From a virus (Duplodnaviria > Caudoviricetes), in IMG/VR virus record IMGVR_UViG_3300020046_004224: a stretch of DNA of 64,000 nt. One strand, written 5' to 3'. Under the pieces are notes generated by a model. That model saw only the letters and a program-made list of their open reading frames with translations. It was not told the DNA's origin and did no database searches. Position numbers and translations under genes: made by a program. This document shows positions 36,512 through 47,517 of the stretch, piece after piece (position 1 is the first letter of the stretch; every line of letters begins with the position of its first letter).

Positions 36512-38017
36512 ATGAAAAAACTATTAACCATAGGAATGGCAACGTATGATGATTTTGATGGGGTATTCTTCTCCATTCAAGCCCTAAGATTATATCAATT
36601 ACATAATATATTAGATCAAATAGAATTTATAGTAATAGACAACAACCCCAACGGAGAACATGGGAAAGCAGTAAAAGAATTTATAGAAAAATCCGTCAAA
36701 GGTATATATATTCCTATAACCAACAAAGTCGGAACATCTATTAGAAACGAAATATTCAAACATGCTACTGGTGAGTACACCCTATGTATGGATTCGCATG
36801 TTATGTTTGAACCAACTGCTATTGAAAATCTATTAAACTATTATAAAAAATTTCCCGATACTAAAAACTTAATTCAAGGACCGTTGATGATGGATAATAT
36901 GAAGGATGTGTATACGCATTTCGATCCTGTCTGGCGAGGAAATATGTTTGGAATATGGGCTAATAATAAAGAAGCATATGTCTTAGGCGAACCTTTTGAG
37001 ATAAATATGATGGGGCTTGGCATGTTTTCATGTAAAACGTCTGAGTGGTGTGGTTTTAATGTAAATTTCAAAGGATTTGGTGGAGAAGAAGGATACATCC
37101 ATGAGAAATTTCGCAGGGCTGGCGGAAAATGTATATGTATACCTCAACTAAAATGGAATCACAGATTTAAGCGACCCGCTGGTATACCATATCCGAATAC
37201 AAAAGAAGATAGGATTCATAATTATTTTGTTGGATGGTTGGAAATACTACAAGACCCTGACCATCATTTTATAAAAGAAATTATAGAATTTTTCAGTACA
37301 ACTGTACCAGAGGAAAAGATACACAAAATTTTAGATGAAGTGTTGAAATATAATATATTGAATGATAATCTTGGTCCATTTTTTAAAAACAAAATTGGGA
37401 AACGTGGTACGGCTGAGAATTTTTTCATAGATAATAAACTCTTAAATCCTAATAATAAGGGAACTTTTATAGAAGTCGGAGCAAGTAACGGCATAGCACT
37501 AAGTAACTCATTCGTGTTAGAAAACACCTTCGGGTGGACTGGTGTTTTAATTGAAGGAAATGATATACTGTTCAAAGAACTAACCGTTAATAGACCTAAC
37601 TGCACATTAGTAAATTCGGTGGTATGGGACACTGATGACTCATCTGTTAATTTTAGGGAAATAACCTTCGATCCTACTATACCTAATTCAGCACACTTAG
37701 ATCATTCCCAAGTATGTGACAAAGTACTGGATAGATTTACAAAAACAAAAACTACAAAAACTCTCACTACTATTCTATCTAATGCCAATACACCCTCAAG
37801 TATCGATATTATGGTGATTGATGTGGAGGACGGTTTTTATGAGGTTCTGAAAGGAATGGACTTTTCAAAATATAAAGTCAATCTTCTTGCTGTGGAACTT
37901 AAACATACGAAAAACTTCCATAAAGCTATTAATCTATTATGTGTGAATAATTTTAAACTAGTTGGTTGTAATGAGTCTGGTCCTGATTATTTTTTCACAA
38001 ATAATGATAGAACATAA
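36512..38017 (+). CDS. GT2-like glycosyltransferase fused to FkbM methyltransferase
   Basis: VIDNN, MDSH, GFGGEEG; FIEVGA.NG...SNS..LE..FGW.GVLIE, IDVE. Confidence 0.85.
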   Translation: MKKLLTIGMATYDDFDGVFFSIQALRLYQLHNILDQIEFIVIDNNPNGEHGKAVKEFIEKSVKGIYIPITNKVGTSIRNEIFKHATGEYTLCMDSHVMFEPTAIENLLNYYKKFPDTKNLIQGPLMMDNMKDVYTHFDPVWRGNMFGIWANNKEAYVLGEPFEINMMGLGMFSCKTSEWCGFNVNFKGFGGEEGYIHEKFRRAGGKCICIPQLKWNHRFKRPAGIPYPNTKEDRIHNYFVGWLEILQDPDHHFIKEIIEFFSTTVPEEKIHKILDEVLKYNILNDNLGPFFKNKIGKRGTAENFFIDNKLLNPNNKGTFIEVGASNGIALSNSFVLENTFGWTGVLIEGNDILFKELTVNRPNCTLVNSVVWDTDDSSVNFREITFDPTIPNSAHLDHSQVCDKVLDRFTKTKTTKTLTTILSNANTPSSIDIMVIDVEDGFYEVLKGMDFSKYKVNLLAVELKHTKNFHKAINLLCVNNFKLVGCNESGPDYFFTNNDRT

Positions 38018-38657
38018 TATACATCAGATATGGGTAGGTCCATACCCATTACCTTATCGAGAAAAACAATACATACATAATATATGTAAACAAAATCCTT
38101 CATATAATCATATGTTGTGGACCGATAATAATTTACCTACCCTCCCCAATAACATACAATTATTGTTCGATTTTTTTCAGAAAAAAGAAGATTATGCATT
38201 TCAAGCTGATATATTGCGAATATTCTTAGTATATAAATATGGGGGAATGTATTTGGATGTCGATTTTAGGGCCGATTTACCATTGGATGAACTCGACCTT
38301 TCAGGTGATGCATTGTTCGGATACCATCGAAATATTAATGATCATACAATTCCTAATGGATTCTTCGCTGGTAGGCGCGAAGCTATGGTATTTAAATATT
38401 TAATAGATAATATAGATATTAAAAAAGAATCGTGGTACGGTCCTTCGTGGTTGGGCAGAACAGTCAAAGAATTCCTCAACCTCCCATATTCGATTGATAA
38501 GTTATCTTTGATCAACTCCGCCTCTCCCCATAATATAAATTTTATATTATGGGAAAATCTAGAAAAAGTTATAAAACATACCGCATTATATTCTTGGGCA
38601 CCCGAAAATAAGTTGAAATTTAAACTTGGTGATATAAATTATACTGATGAACCATAA
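38004..38657 (+). CDS. GT32/OCH1-like DXD glycosyltransferase
   Basis: IHQIWVG, ADILR...YKYGG.YLDVD, GP. Confidence 0.88.
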   Translation: MIEHNIHQIWVGPYPLPYREKQYIHNICKQNPSYNHMLWTDNNLPTLPNNIQLLFDFFQKKEDYAFQADILRIFLVYKYGGMYLDVDFRADLPLDELDLSGDALFGYHRNINDHTIPNGFFAGRREAMVFKYLIDNIDIKKESWYGPSWLGRTVKEFLNLPYSIDKLSLINSASPHNINFILWENLEKVIKHTALYSWAPENKLKFKLGDINYTDEP

Positions 38658-39489
38658 AATATCCTGTATAATGAATACATATCGTAGATTTACTTGTGTC
38701 AATCGATCAATACAATTTTTCCTAAATCAAGACACACAAGCCGACACCGAACTGATAATATACAACACAGATGTTGAGAATCCGATGACGCTATCCAATG
38801 AATTAAGTGATAAAAATATCAGGGTCGTTAATAACAATACTGATTATGTCACCAACAATCCGTATACAAACATAGGAGATATACGTCGTGATTCATTGGA
38901 CAGTGCCACCGGAGATTATTATATATGCTGGGATGATGATGATATATTCATGCCTTGGCATATCCGACAATGTATAGACGGATTTTCTAAAAATCCCGAC
39001 ATTTGGGCATGGAAACCACATACTAGTATGTGGTGGCAAATAGGTCAAAAACCCGCACTTGCATGTAATAACATGGAAGCGAGTATAATAGTTAGATTAG
39101 ATAAATTACGCGAATATAATTTTACTAGTCACTTAGGAGGCGGTGAACATTTACGATGGATGAGCGAATTTAAAAATGTGAACAAATTATACACAGATAT
39201 TGATAGTGTGCCATCATATTGTTTCAACTGGCACGATTCTGATACCAAGGTGCGTGGACATAAACAGAGTGGTTCTATAAACAGAGTAGATAATTTCAAT
39301 TTCCATAAGAAACATACCACAGATTTTGCTACAGGACCACTGTCGGGATGTGCTAACATTAATGACATATACGATCAACATATACAACTTATAAAGAATA
39401 ATATAGAAATTAAACAACCTAATAATTATATAATATCTACATATAATTATGAAAAATACTGTAAGCAGTATGATAAATATGATGAATGA
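38647..39489 (+). CDS. GT2 glycosyltransferase
   Basis: ISCIM.TY.R, ATGDY..CWDDDD. Confidence 0.85.
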   Translation: MNHKISCIMNTYRRFTCVNRSIQFFLNQDTQADTELIIYNTDVENPMTLSNELSDKNIRVVNNNTDYVTNNPYTNIGDIRRDSLDSATGDYYICWDDDDIFMPWHIRQCIDGFSKNPDIWAWKPHTSMWWQIGQKPALACNNMEASIIVRLDKLREYNFTSHLGGGEHLRWMSEFKNVNKLYTDIDSVPSYCFNWHDSDTKVRGHKQSGSINRVDNFNFHKKHTTDFATGPLSGCANINDIYDQHIQLIKNNIEIKQPNNYIISTYNYEKYCKQYDKYDE

Positions 39490-40126
39490 TTCAGTATTAG
39501 ATCATTCATCCATACTAAAGAAAGCATGGACTGCTGATTTCCTTCATAGAACCAGATTACATAAAAATGGCATGGAATCATTGGCTGGGTACGGGTCTTC
39601 ATTAAAATATGTAATACCTATTATAGAAAAACTACCCACTATCTTCGAAGAGTTTACAGTGAAGTCTGTATTAGATTTACCATGTGGGGATTATAATTGG
39701 ATGAAACATGTAGATAAGTCTTTCATTACATATATTGGTGGAGATATTGTGGATGAACAGATATCTTATAATATTGAAAATTTTGCTGATTTTGATTTTC
39801 GAATAATTGATATGATACACGATTCTCTTCCTACGGTTGATTTGATTTTTACTAGAGATTGTTTAATGCATCTTTCTGAGCGAGACATTGTTCAATTTTT
39901 TAAGAACTGTATAATGTCTCGCTCTAAATATATTATGTTAAGTACTTGTCCAGATGTTGATATCAATAAAGATTTAACAGGTGTGATAGGTTGGAGGTCT
40001 TTAAATCTAGAGAAACCCCCCTTTAACTTACCCCCTCCGATAAAACTTATAAAGGAAAACTCTTACGGTGATGTCAATAAACAAATGGGACTATGGGCAA
40101 TGGATTCTTTGGCATCATTATTTTAA
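39479..40126 (+). CDS. class I SAM methyltransferase
   Basis: G.GSS, SVLDLPCGD.NWM, YIGGDIV, DLIF.RD.L.HL. Confidence 0.85.
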   Translation: MMNDSVLDHSSILKKAWTADFLHRTRLHKNGMESLAGYGSSLKYVIPIIEKLPTIFEEFTVKSVLDLPCGDYNWMKHVDKSFITYIGGDIVDEQISYNIENFADFDFRIIDMIHDSLPTVDLIFTRDCLMHLSERDIVQFFKNCIMSRSKYIMLSTCPDVDINKDLTGVIGWRSLNLEKPPFNLPPPIKLIKENSYGDVNKQMGLWAMDSLASLF

Positions 40127-40163
40127 ATAAATAACTATAAATAGTATTTAAGGAAAAATATTT

Positions 40164-40496
40164 ATGTTTCAGTCACTTACAGCATCATTTGCCATATTCA
40201 AAAATCTAGGGAAAATTAAGGAAGTACTCAATGTTGCATATACTGCTGTTGTGAAACTTCATGCGGTATTGGTTTTTCTCGATAGTCAGACCAATGATAC
40301 AAAATTAGGTAAAGTCCTAGAAGGATATCTACCAAAGACTGTAGAAACTCTTGAGAAAATACTTGAAGTGTTCAAAAAATATGGAAAATATATCGATTTG
40401 GATACTACTGCCGTTGCACAATCTATATTAAGTGAATTGACTCTAATCGAGGAACTTGAGAAATCAAATAAAGAATTGAATGGACTTCTTAAATAA
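40164..40496 (+). CDS. hypothetical late protein
   Basis: TATAAATA upstream. Confidence 0.55.
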   Translation: MFQSLTASFAIFKNLGKIKEVLNVAYTAVVKLHAVLVFLDSQTNDTKLGKVLEGYLPKTVETLEKILEVFKKYGKYIDLDTTAVAQSILSELTLIEELEKSNKELNGLLK

Positions 40497-40704
40497 AATA
40501 ACATCCGAACAAGTCAAGGCATTCCTTGCAGTTTTTGCCGTATTCTCCGTCATCATCGGATTTTTCCTGCATATTGTTCCAAGTGAAATATTCTTCACAA
40601 TTATTGGTGGACTTATATCACAATTCTATCAATCAGGTAAAGTAACAGAACTAACCAAAAAAGTTGAAACACAAGAAGCAGAGATACAATCTCTAAAACA
40701 CTAA
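40480..40704 (+). CDS. small two-TM protein (holin-like)
   Basis: two hydrophobic helices, charged tail. Confidence 0.45.
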   Translation: MDFLNKITSEQVKAFLAVFAVFSVIIGFFLHIVPSEIFFTIIGGLISQFYQSGKVTELTKKVETQEAEIQSLKH

Positions 40705-40705
40705 T

Positions 40706-41191
40706 TTGGCAAAGAAACGAACATACCGTGAGTTTAAGCAGGGTGTTTACAAACCCCTTGATACAAAAAAATGTTTAAACAAAACATTTCCTATATATCG
40801 TAGTGGTCTTGAAAGACAGATGATGTTGGTTCTTGATAAAAATCCAAATGTATTATCTTGGGGAAGTGAGAATGTAATTATTCCTTATTATAAGAGTGTG
40901 GAAAAACGCACCGCCCGTTACTTCCTAGATTTCTATATAAAACTTCAAGTGGGAGAACTGATCAAAGAATTTATAATTGAAGTCAAACCTCATAGTCAAA
41001 CGGAGGAACGAACATACCGTAAAGGAACCAAGGCATCGACAATCCTTTATGAATCACTGACTTTTAAGACAAATAAAGATAAATGGTTAGCTGCACAGAA
41101 ATGGTGTAAGGAACAAAAGGATAAAAAAAACCGTGATATTGAGTTCATCATTATCACGGAGAAAAATATTGCAACTATTTTTGGTTCTTAG
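40706..41191 (+). CDS. head completion nuclease (T4 gp4/TnsA-N-like)
   Basis: QG.YKP, YRS.LE......D.NPNV..W.SE...IPY, RYF.DF, IEVKP.SQT, N..KW.AA, ITE. Confidence 0.9.
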   Translation: MAKKRTYREFKQGVYKPLDTKKCLNKTFPIYRSGLERQMMLVLDKNPNVLSWGSENVIIPYYKSVEKRTARYFLDFYIKLQVGELIKEFIIEVKPHSQTEERTYRKGTKASTILYESLTFKTNKDKWLAAQKWCKEQKDKKNRDIEFIIITEKNIATIFGS

Positions 41192-41193
41192 TA

Positions 41194-41613
41194 TTAGGCT
41201 TGAGTCAATCCCTTTTCAATTGATTTAGACAAGGCTTTTAGTACATCAACAAGAACTGTGTTTTCAGCGATCTTAGCCTCTACACTTGCACCATAATATG
41301 CTTTATACAATGCAACTACTGCAACAACAACTGCGGTTGCTTCTGGTGTTTCCAACTCTTTAATCTTAGCCGATTTGATAGCTTGTTCAAGTGCTTCTGG
41401 GGTTAAGTCTTCTCCAAGTGCAAAAGTGTTCACAACGGTCACTAATGCTCTAAGGTATGGCTCTGATTTCGGTTGCTTCTTCACACCGATCTTAACGGCA
41501 GAGGGAACCACATTGTTAATAAGCTGTGGGGCTTTGGATACATCGAATTTATTTTCGAGGGACGAACATGATGCCATGCACAATGTGAGTATTGATAGTA
41601 TTAATGTTTTCAT
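41194..41613 (-). CDS. putative lipoprotein
   Basis: MKT-hydrophobic-MASC lipobox. Confidence 0.6.
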   Translation of the reverse strand: MKTLILSILTLCMASCSSLENKFDVSKAPQLINNVVPSAVKIGVKKQPKSEPYLRALVTVVNTFALGEDLTPEALEQAIKSAKIKELETPEATAVVVAVVALYKAYYGASVEAKIAENTVLVDVLKALSKSIEKGLTQA

Positions 41614-41673
41614 AATTCAACTGTATTTATCTTTTCATGTTCTAATTTCTATTTATTATACTAAAATCTATCT

Positions 41674-42939
41674 CTAAATCTTAATATTTTCAAAACTATT
41701 CGGTAACATCAATTCTTTTAAATCGATCTTAACTGGATTGAACACCAAACCCGATACTGGCTGGATAAAATCATCACCAGTTACTTTCCTCATAATATTA
41801 ATTGCGCCATTTAAGTCTGCATTAATAAATTTACCTCTACTACTTTTAAAGAGTCCCCTTTTTACTCTTCTACCTAAATAATTTTCATGTTTTTTAACAT
41901 GTTCATTATCTAATGAACTACATTTAGACGTATAACTTTCTTCATTAATAGTAAATTTAATACCTACTTCAGTTAATTTATATCGAAGCATTTCTTTAAA
42001 TTTAAAATAAGGAATAGAATTAAACTTCTGATTATTGATATTTCCTATATTAATATTTTGTTTCCATTCTTTATTATACCCTATTATTACTTCACTTACC
42101 AGATTTTTAATACAAAATTTTACTAGAAAGTTGCTGTATTGGTGAAAGTAGTTAGAAATATAACCATGTCTATGATCCTCTAGTTTTTGTAGTTTTCTCG
42201 ACCAATGTTTATCATTATCTGTTTTCAGTAGGGACTTAACTTTTGCTTTCTTCTTATTATAATAACTATTATATGATTTTAAAGGTTTACCATTCAGAAT
42301 GAACGGTCTAGTTACTGTTGAATAAACTGCTGCAAAATTATTTATTCCTAAATCAATACTTATTTTATTAGTGTCTACGGTATTAATCTGTGGTTTTATC
42401 TCTTCTCTATAGATCAACATTAATTTAAAATATTGTCCATTGTTGATTGGTTTTAGCACCACTTGCTGAACTTTACCATTAATTTTGCTATTATATTTGA
42501 CTGATATTTTAGGCACGGAATTTATAGATTTATAGGTTCTACTAATTGCTAATTGAATTTTTCCATCTTTTAAAATAAATGATTGATTAGTAAAATAGAC
42601 ATCGTACACACCTCCCCTTTTCCTATATTTAGGAATAGATATATTTCCCGAATATTGACCTTTATTCTTTTTATTTAACACGGATAAGAATGATCGGAAA
42701 TTTTGATCAATCAATTTGACTATTTGTTGAGAACAATGAACTGGTAATAGTTTATAATTTTCATTGGCACATACTAATTTGTCTAATTTAAATCTGCCGA
42801 TATATTTTCTAGTTTCTTTAAAATATTCATTTACGATATATAAACAATAATTGTAGAGATTATTTGAGTAATGAGAGTAATTCAGAAGATGTTTATAATC
42901 TTTTGAATTTGTTTTTACTTTTGAATGTAGCACTCTCAT
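41674..42939 (-). mobile_element. tnpB: TnpB RNA-guided nuclease (IS200/605/607 family), no TnpA
   Basis: SIDLGINN, IIGYN..WKQ, EESYTSKCS, R.KRGLF, INADLNGAINI. Confidence 0.92.
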
Positions 42940-43039
42940 CTATTTTATTTATTCTTTCTATTAGATTTCTCAATAGAATAAGAATCTTTTCATAATTGAA
43001 TTCGCATTACCTTGTTTTTATCATAAATAGTTGTATATC

Positions 43040-44920
43040 ATGGCGACTAAAAAACGAGCTAGGAACACACGGTCAGTAAAATCTAAATTAAAAGAAATTT
43101 CTCTTGATGAAATGGAATCGGATTTTCCAACAACCTCTAAGGAGGTCCAATCAAAAGGTGTCGGTTTTAGACTAGATGTTAAAGTCAATCACCAATTAAC
43201 TGATAAACAAAAGGACATACTAAAGAGGATGACCGACTATAAGACACGAATGGTACTAATCGATGGTCTTTGGGGCACAAGTAAAGCACAACCATTAGAT
43301 TCAAAAATACTAACACCATCAGGATGGACAACGATGGGGTCTATATCTGTCGGTGATTTTGTGATTGGTTCTGATGGAAATCCTACGCAAGTATTAGGCG
43401 TTTTCCCACAAGGAGAAAAAGAAATATTTAAAGTGACCTTTTCGGATGACAGTTCTACAGAATGTTGTCTGGATCACTTATGGTTAACACAGACCGAGTA
43501 TGAAAGAAATAAACAGAAACGAGCAAGGAATGGCGGAAATCCCATATACACCAAAACACCAGCACCACCACAGGTTCGCACATTAAAGGAGATACAGGAA
43601 AGTATTCTAGTGAGCAAGGACCATTTAAATCACTCTATACCAATAACACAACCAGTTAATTTTGAACCAGTTCAACATTATATAGACCCATATATTCTCG
43701 GGGTTCTTCTAGGTGACGGATGCCTACGTAATCAAGTGTCATTTACAACCATCGACTCGGAGATACATGAGAAAGTGCGTGCGTTATTACCGGAGAAATT
43801 ATCATTGGTACATAGAATAGAAAATATAACATATGCAATAGTGTATAAAAAAGGACATAAATCTCCTATAAAAGAAGAACTCAGGAGATTAAAATTGTTG
43901 AATCATTTGTCATTTGAGAAATTCATTCCAGACGAATATAAATTCGATTCTACAGAAAATAGAATAAAACTTCTTCATGGTTTGATGGATACTGATGGAA
44001 CCACTGATGGAACATACACCAGTTTTTGTACAACATCTGATAAATTACGGGATGATGTTAAATTTATTGTTCAATCGTTGGGGGGAACGTCATCACATAA
44101 GACGCATAGACAAAATACATATACATATAAAGGAGAGAAAAAATTAGGAAGAGTATCATATATAGTAAGCATCAAACTCCCTAATAATATTTGTCCATTT
44201 ATGTTAGAGCGGAAGAGAATTAAACTAATCCCTAGAACAAAATACTTTCCTATTAGGTATTTTAAAAAGATCGAAAGTGTAGGATATAAACATGCACAAT
44301 GTATATTGGTGGATGCACCTAATCACTTATATTTAACAGATGATTGCATCGTCACACATAACACATTTATTTCCGTTTTATCCGCCTTGACTCTAATGAG
44401 TACTGGATCAATTAATAAAATATATTATGTGCGCTCTCCTGTAGAATCTTCGGATACTGCAAAAATTGGAACACTTCCTGGTGATTTGGCCGAAAAGACT
44501 GGCGCATATATGGCAGTGATGGAAGAAAAACTTGCTGAATTTTTGCCATACAATCAAGTAAATCGCCTTATACAAGACCAATATGTAGAATTTCTTCCAC
44601 CAGGATTTATGCGTGGAAGAAGTCTCGATAATTCTGTTCTTATCTGTGATGAAGCATCTAATTTCTCATGGAAAGATATGCTTTTAATATCCTCCCGTTT
44701 AGGAGTCAATAGTAGAATGTTCGTTATCGGTGATTCTTTCCAAAATGATATTGGAAACAAATCAGGATTTGAAAGATTCTTCAATTTATTCCAAAACGAT
44801 GAAGAAAGCAAAACCAACGGTATTCATACATTTACCATGAAAAATAAAGAAGATATTCTTCGTAGCGGATTTATCCGATTTGTCATGGAAAAGGCGGGCG
44901 TTCTTACTTTCGGAAGATAA
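43040..44920 (+). CDS. phoH: PhoH-like ATPase with intein
   Basis: G.WGTSK|T, R..VES....IG.LPG...EK, FMRGRSL......DEA.N, SRLG..S....GD..Q.D. Confidence 0.9.
   Translation: MATKKRARNTRSVKSKLKEISLDEMESDFPTTSKEVQSKGVGFRLDVKVNHQLTDKQKDILKRMTDYKTRMVLIDGLWGTSKAQPLDSKILTPSGWTTMGSISVGDFVIGSDGNPTQVLGVFPQGEKEIFKVTFSDDSSTECCLDHLWLTQTEYERNKQKRARNGGNPIYTKTPAPPQVRTLKEIQESILVSKDHLNHSIPITQPVNFEPVQHYIDPYILGVLLGDGCLRNQVSFTTIDSEIHEKVRALLPEKLSLVHRIENITYAIVYKKGHKSPIKEELRRLKLLNHLSFEKFIPDEYKFDSTENRIKLLHGLMDTDGTTDGTYTSFCTTSDKLRDDVKFIVQSLGGTSSHKTHRQNTYTYKGEKKLGRVSYIVSIKLPNNICPFMLERKRIKLIPRTKYFPIRYFKKIESVGYKHAQCILVDAPNHLYLTDDCIVTHNTFISVLSALTLMSTGSINKIYYVRSPVESSDTAKIGTLPGDLAEKTGAYMAVMEEKLAEFLPYNQVNRLIQDQYVEFLPPGFMRGRSLDNSVLICDEASNFSWKDMLLISSRLGVNSRMFVIGDSFQNDIGNKSGFERFFNLFQNDEESKTNGIHTFTMKNKEDILRSGFIRFVMEKAGVLTFGR
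43286..44362 (+). mobile_element. intein with LAGLIDADG endonuclease (Ala1, class 3-type)
   Basis: AQPLDSKILTP...HLW...LGVLLGDG...LHGLMDTDG...AQCILVD...VTHN/T. Confidence 0.9.
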
Positions 44921-44924
44921 TATA

Positions 44925-45620
44925 CTAAGAATAACAATTGACTATATTTGTGCCAAAGATCGGATGAGTATCTTCCTCTGTATTATCATAGAAACCACCT
45001 GGATATAGAGTTGGAGGGATATATGTGCGATTTCTTGTAACTATATCGCCCTCATCGTCGAGTATGTCATAAACGTTAGGATTTAATTCCAATCGTTCAA
45101 TTACATCTGTACCGTAAAATACTCTTTGTTTACCATCGATTTTTTCAACCAGAAGTGCTGCTTTCTTCACATCATCATAGAACTGTACACGCACACCAGA
45201 TGTCCAATGAAATGACCTTATGGGTTGTTTTAATGTCATGATGCATATCGGTTTCCAGAAAGGAACTACAACTCTTATATGATTCGACACCCCTTCTAGG
45301 TTGTACTTCGTTCCATTATTAACAAGGACTTTATAATACGTATTGGTCCTTGCACTGAGAAAGGTTAACAGGGTGGATAGAAACTCAAGTGCATTATTAT
45401 TCGTGTCGGTGAATAGATCAATATCACCAGGAATCTTAAACGGATTTTTTGCAGTAATTGCCATTGCAATCGATCCTCCGATTACCAAATCACATTTCTT
45501 TATATTATTCAGAATGAACGAGTTTTGTTTAACCCATTCATTACCAACATCTTTATATAATTCTTCCAAACTAAGAACCAGATTAGAAGTATATTGTTTA
45601 GGTTTAAAACGATTTGGCAT
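44925..45620 (-). CDS. putative nucleotidyltransferase (Pol-beta fold)
   Basis: IGGS.A.....PGDIDLF. Confidence 0.6.
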   Translation of the reverse strand: MPNRFKPKQYTSNLVLSLEELYKDVGNEWVKQNSFILNNIKKCDLVIGGSIAMAITAKNPFKIPGDIDLFTDTNNNALEFLSTLLTFLSARTNTYYKVLVNNGTKYNLEGVSNHIRVVVPFWKPICIMTLKQPIRSFHWTSGVRVQFYDDVKKAALLVEKIDGKQRVFYGTDVIERLELNPNVYDILDDEGDIVTRNRTYIPPTLYPGGFYDNTEEDTHPIFGTNIVNCYS

Positions 45621-45622
45621 AA

Positions 45623-45937
45623 TTATTCTACAATTGAGTAGTCTGTTGGTTCATTTCCGTACTTGAATTGCAGCACCCATTTCTCCCCGTTCCAAATATT
45701 ACGCCAGCTTTGGAATTTCTGCATATTCCCGAAATGACCACAAGTATTACAGAGACTGGACATTTTCTCTTCGTGAGTTGTCCAGTGCTTGCATTTCGGG
45801 CAATATTGATCAGTGCTCCATTTTCCTGAGTTTTCTGTTAATTTCCAATCCATCGGGTCTTTAGCGGGTAATACATACCCTTTCGGGAGTATACCGAATC
45901 TATATGCAACAGTCTTTAACTTAAATATGAGAGTCAT
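45623..45937 (-). CDS. Zn-finger protein
   Basis: CPKC...CNTC. Confidence 0.5.
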   Translation of the reverse strand: MTLIFKLKTVAYRFGILPKGYVLPAKDPMDWKLTENSGKWSTDQYCPKCKHWTTHEEKMSSLCNTCGHFGNMQKFQSWRNIWNGEKWVLQFKYGNEPTDYSIVE

Positions 45938-45939
45938 AA

Positions 45940-46266
45940 TTACTTTTGAATAGCAAATCTTTGTTCTAACAACCAATCAATCAACTTCTTCGTTTTCTTC
46001 TCTTCTTCTGTTTTTGCTCTTGCAACTTCTGTAGCAAGGTTTTCATCAAATCGGCAAGTAACTTCTGAGGGCAAGGTTTCTTCTTTTTCATCAAATTCTT
46101 GTAATAGCTCGTCTGCGATAGTATCTAAATCTTTTTTTATAATATCCGTATAATCCGTATAAAACTTCAAAAGTTTGTCAATAAATGTTATACGTTTAGA
46201 ATCATCGTCAATTTTTGCAAGATGTTGTAGAAACAATAGTTGGAAGTCATCAGTCATGACTGACAC
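45940..46266 (-). CDS. hypothetical protein
   Basis: ORF behind TTGACG-16-TATAGT. Confidence 0.55.
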   Translation of the reverse strand: MSVMTDDFQLLFLQHLAKIDDDSKRITFIDKLLKFYTDYTDIIKKDLDTIADELLQEFDEKEETLPSEVTCRFDENLATEVARAKTEEEKKTKKLIDWLLEQRFAIQK

Positions 46267-46295
46267 TATAACAGAGAAACATGATTCGTCAACAC

Positions 46296-46325
46296 AAAAA
46301 AACCGCTGATTTCTCAGCGGTTTTT
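46296..46325. terminator. bidirectional rho-independent terminator
   Basis: AAAAAAACCGCTGA-TTTC-TCAGCGGTTTTT. Confidence 0.85.
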
Positions 46326-46781
46326 ACTTTAGACATTTTTTTCAAAATGTTCGATGGTAGATTTTAAAATTCCCATCTGTTCTTTTGTAATTCGAACTTT
46401 TCCGTTGTAATCGTCAGAGATAGTAAACTCTTCTTCACTAACTCTTTCGACAATAGGACAGGAACCTTTGCGACAACATAATTTTACTGTATTTTGATTT
46501 AGAAATTGCATAACAAAGTTATTTACTTCTTATCACCCAACAACTTCAATATTTTTTCACATCTCTCTGCACTTTTTACGGAATTCCAAGTTATCGATTT
46601 TCCTTGTAATGCATCTTCAACATCAAGAATATCACACTCCAACATAAATTTTTCATATTCCAAATCCTGTACCACTTGTCGCATCTCGTTTAATACCTCT
46701 TTTACAAGATCAGGAACATCATCACTCTCTGATATTTTTTGAACAATATTTATATAACAACCAGAACTCATAAGCTTCATA

Positions 46782-47474
46782 CTATTTGTCTAATCCGACT
46801 TGTTTTCTAAGTAATGCTTCATCGTATACAGATTCCAAATCTCCTAACACTGAACTAGTTGTTTCAATAAGATGTCCTTCGGGATTAAGATATTCTTTAA
46901 TAGTTGCTATTTTCTGGTCTAATTCCCCTTCTAAGACGATAAATGCAGGTTGACTTTCTTTATCGAAGATAAGACCCTTATTTTTCTTATAAGATTCGTA
47001 TACTCCGTGGAAAATATTATCTATCTCTTCGCGATATTCTACACTTGATGAACGATTTTCACGATCCTCTATCACAATATTTGGATTAAGCGGCAACCAA
47101 AACACAACATCATAAAACTTCATACACTCTCTTGTGAGATGAATTGAAGACGTAATAAATTCTTCTACTTTTGTCTGATTATCTCCTAATTTACCCTTCT
47201 CCTCCAGCCAGAATGTATATACAAGATTATCAAGTATACACCTATCGTGAATTGTTTTCGACTTTCCTGCATTGTCTAATGCACGATCTGCCATAAAATC
47301 TCGACTCATTAGTTGTGCTTCTAATGAACCTTCTTCATTAACAACTAATCCTTTCTCCTTTAACATATCCCGGTATGATTTCTCAGGAGATTCGTACATA
47401 GGCCAATAAGCCTTAAATGTATTAACTAATGTTGACTTGCCAGTACTTTGCGCACCCGTTACGGTTATTCTCAT
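46782..47474 (-). CDS. P-loop kinase (AAA_28/NadR-like, putative dNMP kinase)
   Basis: GAQSTGKST, DRC.LD.LVYT. Confidence 0.75.
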   Translation of the reverse strand: MRITVTGAQSTGKSTLVNTFKAYWPMYESPEKSYRDMLKEKGLVVNEEGSLEAQLMSRDFMADRALDNAGKSKTIHDRCILDNLVYTFWLEEKGKLGDNQTKVEEFITSSIHLTRECMKFYDVVFWLPLNPNIVIEDRENRSSSVEYREEIDNIFHGVYESYKKNKGLIFDKESQPAFIVLEGELDQKIATIKEYLNPEGHLIETTSSVLGDLESVYDEALLRKQVGLDK

Positions 47475-47517
47475 ATATTATAATATACTATTACAGGTTC
47501 TCTCATGCAAGACAATT

